37,125 nt of DNA from a virus (taxonomy: Duplodnaviria; Caudoviricetes). The notes under the pieces are model-generated. The model was not told the DNA's origin, did not search any database, and saw nothing but the letters and a program-made list of their open reading frames with translations. Both the position numbers and the translations under genes were made by a program. The stretch covers positions 1 through 37,125 of the IMG/VR virus record IMGVR_UViG_3300033067_000034. One strand, written 5' to 3'. This document shows, piece after piece, positions 1-7,460 of the stretch. The stretch's first letter is position 1, and every line of letters starts with the position of its first letter.

Positions 1-296
1 CCAACACGATGGCCTACCAGCAGCTTGCCCGCAAGATGTACGGTGGTTGCCGTGTCAATGCTGCCATCAAGCCTTGGCCGCAGGACAACAAGGTTGGCCG
101 TGGCATTCGCTGCGACCTGATCGCTGTCCAGTTTGCTGGCGATGACACACCCTTCGGCGAAGGTGCCGTGGATGCATCGAACCTGTTCGCAGCTGTGGCA
201 AATGCTGCACCTGCTGGCTTTGGTGCCGTGGCCGCTGCCGCAGGTATGCCCGCTGCACCGTTCGGTGGCCTGCCATCCTTCTTGGGTGGTCAGTAA
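1..296 (+). CDS. C-terminal part of DUF2815-like ssDNA-binding protein (continues from 36744..37125 across the circular junction)
   Basis: Terminal t plus initial cc gives tcc, then aac acg atg, so the junction is in frame (…PVDP-S-NTMAYQQ…). MYGGCRVNAAI…GRGIRCDLIAVQFAGDDTPFG plus a low-complexity tail is typical of this SSB family. Confidence 0.8.
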   Translation, partial: NTMAYQQLARKMYGGCRVNAAIKPWPQDNKVGRGIRCDLIAVQFAGDDTPFGEGAVDASNLFAAVANAAPAGFGAVAAAAGMPAAPFGGLPSFLGGQ

Positions 297-303
297 GTAA
301 ATC

Positions 304-349
304 GGGGCCACTGCCTCTGGGGGTTCCTGGGGGACCGGCCAGTGGCCCC
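304..349 (+). other. Intergenic GC-rich stem-loop
   Basis: ggggccactg (304-313) pairs perfectly with cagtggcccc (340-349); no U-tract follows. Confidence 0.55.
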
Positions 350-367
350 ACCTAACTGGTAACCGTA

Positions 368-853
368 ATGAGTAATCGAAATTTCAACACTGTGACTGAT
401 GGTCACGATGAGTGGCTGACGCCAAAGTACATCACCGACACTCTTGGTCCTTTTGACCTTGACCCGTGCAGTCCTGGTACTCGTCGTCCTTGGGACACAG
501 CACAGTATCACCTTGACGAAACAGACAACGGGCTTGCTGCCCCTTGGTTCGGTACTGTCTGGTGCAATCCACCCTACGGTCGAGAAACATTCAAATGGCT
601 TGCCAAACTTGCGGACCATGGGAATGGTATTGCGTTGGTGTTCGCACGAACCGAAACAGTCGGGTTTTTTGAACAAGTTTGGGGACGGGCAGACGCTGTG
701 TTCTTTTTCAAAGGCCGATTGAGATTTTGTTATGTTGACGGTACTGAAGCAGATGTGGCCAACGCTCCGAGTTGCCTAATTGCTTACGGAAAATCGAATG
801 TTGAGAAGCTGCGCAATTCAGGGTTTGCTGGAAAGCTTGTGGTATTGAAATGA
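368..853 (+). CDS. Phage DNA N6-adenine methyltransferase (Dam-like family)
   Basis: DEWLTP, FDLDPC, DGL-type (DNGLAAPW) and catalytic WCNPPY motifs; ARTET…RLRF typical of phage N6-adenine MTases. Confidence 0.85.
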   Translation: MSNRNFNTVTDGHDEWLTPKYITDTLGPFDLDPCSPGTRRPWDTAQYHLDETDNGLAAPWFGTVWCNPPYGRETFKWLAKLADHGNGIALVFARTETVGFFEQVWGRADAVFFFKGRLRFCYVDGTEADVANAPSCLIAYGKSNVEKLRNSGFAGKLVVLK

Positions 854-2703
854 GTAACGACTATGTCTATGACCTGGAAACCTTCCCCAACGTCTTCACG
901 CTGGCGGTGGAGCACGCAGAAGCACCGCTTCGATGGTCTTTTGAGATCACACCCTGGCGCAACGACTCCAAAGAAATCATTGCGTTTCTCCAGTATCTCA
1001 AGGATACGGATGCCCGCATGGTCGGGTTCAATAACGTGGGGTTCGACTATCCCGTCTTGCATACGCTGATTCGCATGGGTTTCAGCGATGCCAACACGCT
1101 GTACCAAAAGGCGATGGCGATCATCAACTCACAGGATGACGACAGCAAGTGGATGCACAACGTCAACCCGAGTGACCGATTCGTGGAGCAGGTGGATCTG
1201 TTCAAGATTCACCACTTTGACAACAAGGCACGCGCCACCAGCCTCAAGATGCTGGAGTTCAATATGCGCTCGGACAACATCGAGGATCTGCCGTTCAAGG
1301 TGGGCACCGAATTGACCCGTGAGCAGGCCGAAGTGCTCAAGCGATACAACGCCCACGATGTGGCGCAGACCAAGTTGTTCCTTGGGCACACGACTGACAT
1401 GATCAAGTTCCGCGAGGAGCTGTGCCGCCTGTACCCCGGCAAGGACTGGATCAACTACAACGACACCAAGATCGGCAAAGAGTTTTTTGCCATGAAGCTC
1501 GAAGAAGCCGGTGTCACGCTGTACGACTTCGGCCCCAAAGGGCGCACCCCTCGCCAGACCCCACGCCCCCAGTTGGCGCTCAAGGACGCCATTCTGCCTT
1601 GGATCACGTTCGAGCAGCCCGAGTTCACACGAGTGCTGGGCTGGCTCAAGGACCAAGTGATAACTGAAACCAAAGGGGTTTTTGATGACGTTGTTGCTCG
1701 GGTCAATGGTTTCGATTTTGTTTTTGGGCTTGGCGGTATCCATGGATCAGTGGAGTCCGAGGTTATCGAATCTGATGCTGATCATGTCATCGTTGACTTG
1801 GACGTTAGCTCTTACTACCCAAATCTGGCAATCAGTAACCGGTTCCACCCTGCTCACTTAGGCGAGTCGTTCTGCGACATCTACAAGCACTTGTACGAGC
1901 AGCGCAAAACCTACGCCAAGAACAGCGCAGAGAACGCCATGCTGAAGCTGGCGCTCAACGGTGTGTACGGTGACAGCAACAACCCGTTCAGCGTGTTCTA
2001 CGACCCGCTGTTCACCATGAGCATCACGCTCAACGGGCAACTGCTGCTGTGCGTCTTGGCTGAAGGGATGATGCACATTGATGGGTTGAAGATCATCCAG
2101 GTGAACACGGACGGCATGACAGTACGAGTGCCCCGCGCCAACAAGTGGCTCGTGGACACGGCTCGTGCTGCGTGGGAGTCGCGCACAGGGTTGCAGCTTG
2201 AGGAAGCCATTTATTCGCACATGTTCATCCGTGATGTGAACAACTACATCGCACGGTACGAGAACGGCAAGGTCAAGCGCAAGGGTGCCTACGAGTACGA
2301 GATGCATTGGCACCAGAACGCCGGTGGACTGGTGATCCCCAAAGTGGCCGAGAAGGTGCTGATCGAGGGTGCACCGATCCGGCAGACCATTGAGCAGTGG
2401 CCCGACATCATGGACTTCATGTTGCGCACCAAGGTGCCGCGCTCTAGTTACTTGGCAATCGAGTGGCACGGCCAGCAGCCCCAGCAGTTGCAGAACACAA
2501 CACGCTACTACATTGCAGAGGGCGGTGGTCGCCTGTTCAAGTGGATGCCGCCGCTCAAGGGCAAGACCGAGTGGCGCAAGATCGGTGTCGAGTCGGGATG
2601 GGGTGTCCAGCCTTGCAATGACATCAAGGACGCCGGGAAGTTGCCGGTGGATTTTGATTACTACGTCAGAGAAGTGGAGAAGCTATGTCTGGGATTGGCA
2701 TGA
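850..2703 (+). CDS. Family B DNA polymerase with 3'-5' exonuclease
   Basis: ExoI YDLETF, ExoII GFNNVGFDY, ExoIII YNAHDV; motif A DLDVSSYYPN, motif B KLALNGVYG, motif C variant QVNTDG, then KRKG. Confidence 0.9.
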   Translation: MSNDYVYDLETFPNVFTLAVEHAEAPLRWSFEITPWRNDSKEIIAFLQYLKDTDARMVGFNNVGFDYPVLHTLIRMGFSDANTLYQKAMAIINSQDDDSKWMHNVNPSDRFVEQVDLFKIHHFDNKARATSLKMLEFNMRSDNIEDLPFKVGTELTREQAEVLKRYNAHDVAQTKLFLGHTTDMIKFREELCRLYPGKDWINYNDTKIGKEFFAMKLEEAGVTLYDFGPKGRTPRQTPRPQLALKDAILPWITFEQPEFTRVLGWLKDQVITETKGVFDDVVARVNGFDFVFGLGGIHGSVESEVIESDADHVIVDLDVSSYYPNLAISNRFHPAHLGESFCDIYKHLYEQRKTYAKNSAENAMLKLALNGVYGDSNNPFSVFYDPLFTMSITLNGQLLLCVLAEGMMHIDGLKIIQVNTDGMTVRVPRANKWLVDTARAAWESRTGLQLEEAIYSHMFIRDVNNYIARYENGKVKRKGAYEYEMHWHQNAGGLVIPKVAEKVLIEGAPIRQTIEQWPDIMDFMLRTKVPRSSYLAIEWHGQQPQQLQNTTRYYIAEGGGRLFKWMPPLKGKTEWRKIGVESGWGVQPCNDIKDAGKLPVDFDYYVREVEKLCLGLA

Positions 2704-3011
2704 AATTCGATAGTCGCAAGCCCCGTTGGAGCTTGCTGCCCAAAGGTGCAGTGTTGCAAATTATCGAAGTTCTGGAGTTTGGTGCTGCCAAGTACGCCGA
2801 GAACAACTGGCAGCATGTTGAGAATGGACGCCAGCGTTACTACGATGCCTTGATGCGTCACATGGAGGCATGGTGGCTTGGTGAAAAAACAGACCCTGAA
2901 AGTGGGCTGTCTCACTTGGCTCACGCTGGTTGCTGTCTTGTGTTTTTGCTCTGGTTGGATCGTGACATTGACAGCAAGAAACAAATGGACGAAAGGTGTG
3001 GTGATGATTGA
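2685..3011 (+). CDS. dATP/dGTP diphosphohydrolase N-terminal domain (DUF5664-like); start may be 2700
   Basis: GMKFDSRKPRWSLLP…VLEFGAAKYAENNW…YYDALMRH…DPESGLSHLAHA matches the family signature. Confidence 0.85.
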   Translation: MSGIGMKFDSRKPRWSLLPKGAVLQIIEVLEFGAAKYAENNWQHVENGRQRYYDALMRHMEAWWLGEKTDPESGLSHLAHAGCCLVFLLWLDRDIDSKKQMDERCGDD

Positions 3012-3300
3012 GAAACAAATCGAAGCCAAGGTCTGCGAATACGCCAAGACCAAAGGCGTGCTGGTCTACAAGTTCACCAGTCCCGCTCGTGCCGCTGTGC
3101 CTGATCGCCTGTTCATCTACAAGGGTCGCGTGTTCTTTATCGAGTTCAAGCGCGAGGGGCAAAAGCCCACGCCTGCACAAGAGCGTGAACACAACAGAAT
3201 GCGCCAGCACCAGATCAACGTGTTCGTGGTGGACAACGTGGAGCAAGGAAAGTCAACCATCAACCTCATGCTGCAAATGATCGAAGCGAGGTTGTGCTGA
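3004..3300 (+). CDS. VRR-NUC domain nuclease (resolvase-like)
   Basis: MIEKQIE…KFTSP…VPDRL…FIEFKREGQKPTPAQ (PD-(D/E)xK); ATG 3004 preferred over the longer track ORF. Confidence 0.85.
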   Translation: MIEKQIEAKVCEYAKTKGVLVYKFTSPARAAVPDRLFIYKGRVFFIEFKREGQKPTPAQEREHNRMRQHQINVFVVDNVEQGKSTINLMLQMIEARLC

Positions 3301-4028
3301 TGAGAGTCATTTCATGGTTTTCGTGTGGTGCCGCCAGTGCGGTAGCCACCATCCTCGCTGCCGTCAAGTACGGTGAGATTGAGGCTGTCTACTGCCGGGT
3401 GGTTGAGGAACACGAGGACAACCTTCGGTTCCTTGACGACTTCACTCGTGTGACAGGTATCCCCGTCAAGGTCATCATGGATGAACAACACGAGGGGTCA
3501 ATCTACAAGGTGTTTGCAAAGCGCGGGTTTATCAAGAATCAGTACGGCGCACCTTGCACCATGATTTTGAAGAAGGACATGCGTAAGTCGTACCAGCGTC
3601 CCGGCGACATTCAGGTGTTTGGTTACACCGCTGAAGAACAAGATCGCGCTGACCGATTCATCGACGGTAACAATGATGTCAGTGAGGACTTCATCTTGAT
3701 TGACAACAAAGTGAGCAAACAGGACTGCTACGCACACCTGACCCGACTGGGCCTGAAGTTGCCAACCATGTACCACCTCGGGTACTCCAACAACAACTGC
3801 ATTGGTTGCGTGAAGGGGGGGATGGGTTATTGGAACAAAATTCGCAAGGACTTTCCAGATCGCTTCGACAAGATGGCAAAAGTGGAAAGACTTATCGGCC
3901 ACGCTGTAAACAAGGACGAAAACGGCCCGGTGTACTTGGACGAATTAGCACCCACTCGTGGACGGTTCAAGGTAGACATGCCTGCCGATTGTGGATTTAC
4001 ATGCGAGGTGAACAATGCTGACACCTGA
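3300..4028 (+). CDS. PAPS/APS-reductase-like PP-loop (adenine nucleotide alpha-hydrolase) protein, Cys-rich
   Basis: N-terminal VISWFSCGAASAVA (PP-loop variant of SGGKDS), GAPCT…LKK, FGYTAEE, LPTMYHLGYSNNNCIGCVKGG, C-terminal CGFTC. Confidence 0.7.
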   Translation: MRVISWFSCGAASAVATILAAVKYGEIEAVYCRVVEEHEDNLRFLDDFTRVTGIPVKVIMDEQHEGSIYKVFAKRGFIKNQYGAPCTMILKKDMRKSYQRPGDIQVFGYTAEEQDRADRFIDGNNDVSEDFILIDNKVSKQDCYAHLTRLGLKLPTMYHLGYSNNNCIGCVKGGMGYWNKIRKDFPDRFDKMAKVERLIGHAVNKDENGPVYLDELAPTRGRFKVDMPADCGFTCEVNNADT

Positions 4029-5421
4029 CCTACTCCACGACTACCAGAAGAAGGCGGTCAACTTCCAATGCACCCATGCCAACTCGATGCTGTGGCTGGA
4101 CATGGGTCTGGGCAAGACCGTGATCACCTTGACCACGCTGGCCCACTTGATCCGCACCGGCTTCCTGCGAGGTGTGATCATCGTCGCCCCCATCCGAGTC
4201 ATCCGACTGGTGTGGAGACAAGAGGCTGCAAAGTGGGAGCACACCAAGCACCTGCGGTTCAGCATGGTCACGGGCACCAAGGATCAGCGCACCCGCGCTC
4301 TTTTGCGCCCTGCTGATGTCTACATGATCAACTACGAGAACCTCGGCTGGATGGCGGAAACGCTCCAGACCTACTTTGTCAAGAAGGACAAGCCGATGCC
4401 GTTCAACGGTGTCGTGTGGGACGAGATCAGCAAGTGCAAGAACTCGGCCACCAACCGAGTCAAGGCCGTCAAGAAGATCTTGGACAAGTTCGACTGGACC
4501 ACGGGCCTCACCGGCACCCCTGCGTCCAACGGCTACAAGGATTTGCATGGCCAGTTCCTTGTGGTGGACAAGGGTGAGCGCCTGGGTACCAGCAAGACCC
4601 AGTTCAAAACGCGCTTCTATCGCAAGGTGGGACCGTACAAAGAGGTGCCATATGAGGACACCGAGGACACCATCAAAAAGCTGATCGGTGACATCACGCT
4701 GGAGATGAGCGCCGAGGACTACAACCCTCTGCCCGATCTGATGGTCAACAACATCGAGATCGAGATGCCCGACGATCTGCGGGCCAAATACGAGAAGATG
4801 GAAAAAGAGTTCTTCATCCAGCTCGATAGTGGCACCACGGTGGAAGCCTTCAACCAGGCGTCGCTGACCAACAAGTGTCTCCAGTTTTCCAACGGTGCCA
4901 TGTACCCGATCCCCGGTATGCCCTTATGGGAGCCAGTGCATGACCTGAAGCTCGAAGCCCTTGAGGACATCATCGACGAAGCCAACGGTTCCCCGATCCT
5001 GTGCGCCTATGCCTACCGGTCAGACGCTGCGCGGATCATGGAGAAGTTCAAACACCTCGATCCGATCAACCTGACTGAGTGCAAGAGCGAAGCGTCATTG
5101 ACCAACGCCATGCACCGCTGGAAGACGGGCGACTGCCAACTGATGATTGGCCACCCTGCATCGATGGGCCACGGGATCGATGGGCTTCAGAAGAACGGCC
5201 ACATCCTTGTGTGGTACGGCCTCAACTGGTCATTGGACCTGTACGAGCAGTTCAACGCCCGTGTGCGCCGCCAAGGTCAAGGGGTGCCGGTGATCTGTCA
5301 CCGCATCATGTGCCAGGGCACACTGGATCAGGCGCAGGCATTGGCACTGGATGACAAGGCCACCACGCAGCAAGGTCTGCGAAACGCAATCAAAGAATAC
5401 CGCATGTCCAAGAATGTGTGA
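4015..5421 (+). CDS. SNF2-like superfamily 2 helicase
   Basis: LHDYQ, Walker A DMGLGKT, WDEIS, LTGTP, HPASMGHGIDGLQ, QFNARVRRQGQ. Confidence 0.9.
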   Translation: MLTPDLLHDYQKKAVNFQCTHANSMLWLDMGLGKTVITLTTLAHLIRTGFLRGVIIVAPIRVIRLVWRQEAAKWEHTKHLRFSMVTGTKDQRTRALLRPADVYMINYENLGWMAETLQTYFVKKDKPMPFNGVVWDEISKCKNSATNRVKAVKKILDKFDWTTGLTGTPASNGYKDLHGQFLVVDKGERLGTSKTQFKTRFYRKVGPYKEVPYEDTEDTIKKLIGDITLEMSAEDYNPLPDLMVNNIEIEMPDDLRAKYEKMEKEFFIQLDSGTTVEAFNQASLTNKCLQFSNGAMYPIPGMPLWEPVHDLKLEALEDIIDEANGSPILCAYAYRSDAARIMEKFKHLDPINLTECKSEASLTNAMHRWKTGDCQLMIGHPASMGHGIDGLQKNGHILVWYGLNWSLDLYEQFNARVRRQGQGVPVICHRIMCQGTLDQAQALALDDKATTQQGLRNAIKEYRMSKNV

Positions 5422-5434
5422 TACAATGTGCAAC
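5417..5434 (+). promoter_or_regulatory. Extended -10 promoter with TGTGCAAC box
   Basis: TGTGA-TACAAT-GTGCAAC; same motif as both halves of the 34434-34474 palindrome; followed by AAGGAG RBS. Confidence 0.55.
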
Positions 5435-5455
5435 ACCAACTAAGGAGTAACTGTG

Positions 5456-5641
5456 ATGATTGAACAACTGAAAAAACTGTGGACCACACCAAGCGCGGAA
5501 GTGCTGGCGCTGCGGGAGCTGGAGGACGCCAAGCGCAAGCTGCTTGAGTCGCAAACAACACGCGAGTACGCTGACTCGATGGTCAAGTTCCGTGAGCAGC
5601 AGATCAAGCGACTGACCGCATATTTGAAGGGCATGGAATGA
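5456..5641 (+). CDS. Hypothetical coiled-coil protein
   Basis: AAGGAG RBS at 5442-5447; ATGA overlap with the next gene. Confidence 0.7.
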   Translation: MIEQLKKLWTTPSAEVLALRELEDAKRKLLESQTTREYADSMVKFREQQIKRLTAYLKGME

Positions 5642-5871
5642 AGATCGTTGTATATACAAAATCCAGCTGTCCCAACTGTGTCAGTGCCAAACAGCTGCTC
5701 AAGTCCAAGAACCTCGACTACAAAGAGATCAACTTGGACAACGAAGCCGAGCGTGCTGCGTTCACGGTCATGTTCCCCGATGTGCGCCAGATGCCTCAGA
5801 TCTTTATCGATGGTCAGCGAGTCGGTGGATTCGCTGGACTGCAAGCAGCATTGAGTCAGGTGGGTAAATGA
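5638..5871 (+). CDS. Glutaredoxin (Grx/NrdH-like)
   Basis: VYTKSSCPNCVSAK active site; RQMPQIFIDGQRVGGF glutaredoxin signature. Confidence 0.9.
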   Translation: MKIVVYTKSSCPNCVSAKQLLKSKNLDYKEINLDNEAERAAFTVMFPDVRQMPQIFIDGQRVGGFAGLQAALSQVGK

Positions 5872-6365
5872 GCGAGTTGATTGAACGCATCCGATCCCGA
5901 ATCGTCGAGGAGGGTGACTGCTGGAACTGGACAGGTGCGATGCAAAGCTGCGGGGTGTCACCCGTGATGAACTGGAAACGCAAGATTGGCTCGGTGCGCA
6001 GGTTCATCCTGTATGAGCGCGGCGGTAATCAACCCCGACTGATTGCCACTTACAACTGCGGCAACCCGATGTGCGTGAATCCCGGGCACACGGTTTGGAC
6101 AACCCGTGGCAAAGTACAGCGTCGCACCACTGTCGAGCAAAGCTATCAGAACAATGTGATTCGTCGCAAAAAGCTGTCCGACAAGGCACGCGCCAAAGGT
6201 AAGCTGACTCTGGAGCTGGCCACCGAGATTCGCATGCTCGACGGCAACCAGCATCAGATTGCCGCGCAATACGGGATCAGCCAAGCCACCGTAAGCGCCA
6301 TCAAACGGGGCAAGACCTGGCAGAGCTACGGTGGCAACCCATTTGCCGGACTGGGGGCGCTGTGA
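5868..6365 (+). CDS. HNH-derived (Zn-binding loop) protein with C-terminal HTH
   Basis: DCWNWTG…CGNPMCVNPGH and LTLELATEIR…QHQIAAQYGISQATVSAIKRGKTW; catalytic His/Asn look altered. Confidence 0.7.
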   Translation: MSELIERIRSRIVEEGDCWNWTGAMQSCGVSPVMNWKRKIGSVRRFILYERGGNQPRLIATYNCGNPMCVNPGHTVWTTRGKVQRRTTVEQSYQNNVIRRKKLSDKARAKGKLTLELATEIRMLDGNQHQIAAQYGISQATVSAIKRGKTWQSYGGNPFAGLGAL

Positions 6366-6541
6366 GCCTCAATTGCCCCGTCTGCAATGTCTGGACACGG
6401 GTGCTCGACACCCGCACCGACAAGAATAACAATGTCCATAAGCGCCGATACGAGTGTGCCAACGGCCACCGATTCGCCACGCTTGAAACGATTACAGGAT
6501 TAAAGGAGTTTAAAGATGAACTGCTGCGACGAGTACGGTGA
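6362..6541 (+). CDS. NrdR-like Zn-ribbon protein, 59 aa (not in ORF track)
   Basis: GTG start in a GTGA overlap; MSLNCPVCNVWTRVLDTRTDKNNNVHKRRYECANGHRFATLETITGLKEFKDELLRRVR matches CPxC…V.D.R…RRxEC…RF.T.E. Confidence 0.7.
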   Translation: MSLNCPVCNVWTRVLDTRTDKNNNVHKRRYECANGHRFATLETITGLKEFKDELLRRVR

Positions 6542-6725
6542 GTGCAACCAAGGACAAGATTGCCCCATCCGTGTGGCTCGGATTGGCCGCAAAGACTACA
6601 CCCGAGAGCCATTGCCTCCTACTGTTTGGCGCAGACAACTGAAGGCGCTGGCTTATTGGGTGTTGCTTGGCTTACTCGGCTGGCTGTGCTTCGGGCTGGT
6701 TTTTGTTGCGCTTGTCATAAAGTGA
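6516..6725 (+). CDS. Hypothetical protein with Cys-rich N-terminus and C-terminal TM helix
   Basis: AAGGAG RBS; MNCCDEYGECNQGQDCP; hydrophobic C-terminus. Confidence 0.6.
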   Translation: MNCCDEYGECNQGQDCPIRVARIGRKDYTREPLPPTVWRRQLKALAYWVLLGLLGWLCFGLVFVALVIK

Positions 6726-6866
6726 CCAAGCCACACCAATCAGGGTGGACACTGCACCAACCACGGCCTCAAGCGTTGTGCCGGTGAGGCCAAACGACAT
6801 CAGGAAACCACCACCAACGGTGGTCAACAGGTGGCGGGCAACGGCTGTAACGATTGTCTGATTCAT
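6672..6866 (-). CDS. Putative holin (two TM segments)
   Basis: AVARHLLTTVGGG…VGAVSTLIGVAWSLYDK; ATGA overlap with the endolysin. Confidence 0.6.
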   Translation of the reverse strand: MNQTIVTAVARHLLTTVGGGFLMSFGLTGTTLEAVVGAVSTLIGVAWSLYDKRNKNQPEAQPAE

Positions 6867-7243
6867 GGATACTCCTTGCGGTCCAACTCGAAATGTGGAC
6901 CATCTTTGAAAGATCGCCAGGCACCGCCCCAGATGATTGGTATACCCAGTCGTTTGGCGGCGTCTTGCATGGCAGCGTTGATCTTAGCGTACAGCGGCCA
7001 GTCCCAGCGCACCTCGTCTTCAACCCATGCACCCAGATCCACGGCATGACCGGTCAGGTGGCGCGAGTTGAGCGTTTGACTGGCTCCAGCTTCCACGAGT
7101 GCCTTTTGGCGCTCTGGTGTCCGCAGACCCTCCAGCACCGTGAAGTCGGTGTCACTGATCTTGATGGCCAACTCGACCACCTTGACCAGATCAGGATGCA
7201 CACCCTTCAAGCGATTCTTGGATCGCGGACCCAGTGAAAACAC
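6863..7243 (-). CDS. Endolysin, M15 family L-Ala-D-Glu peptidase
   Basis: EGLRTPERQ, SRHLTGHAVD, WGGAW, DGPHFE Zn-peptidase motifs; GTG start. Confidence 0.9.
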   Translation of the reverse strand: MFSLGPRSKNRLKGVHPDLVKVVELAIKISDTDFTVLEGLRTPERQKALVEAGASQTLNSRHLTGHAVDLGAWVEDEVRWDWPLYAKINAAMQDAAKRLGIPIIWGGAWRSFKDGPHFELDRKEYP

Positions 7244-7244
7244 T

Positions 7245-7460
7245 TTAGCCCTTCATGTGGCTGACGATCCAGCCGATGACACTGCCGATGCCCGAGGCGA
7301 TGGTCATGCCCATCCAGAAGCCGCCTTTGGACTTGTTGGCCAGTTCGAGGAGTTCCTCGATTTGGCGCTCCATCTTGTCCATCTTTTTGTCCATCATCTG
7401 GACCCGTTCCCAGAGCACGCCGTACTTCACGGGGTCAAAGTTTGTGTCATCAAAGGCCAT
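7245..7460 (-). CDS. Lysis-associated membrane protein (coiled coil plus C-terminal TM)
   Basis: DPVKYGVL…LLELANKSKGGFWMGM plus TM helix; directly upstream of the endolysin. Confidence 0.65.
   Translation of the reverse strand: MAFDDTNFDPVKYGVLWERVQMMDKKMDKMERQIEELLELANKSKGGFWMGMTIASGIGSVIGWIVSHMKG

Noticed and set aside
2685-3011. Z-genome (2-aminoadenine) or 7-deazaguanine pathway
   Set aside because: No PurZ, DpdA or Que/FolE-like genes were recognised.
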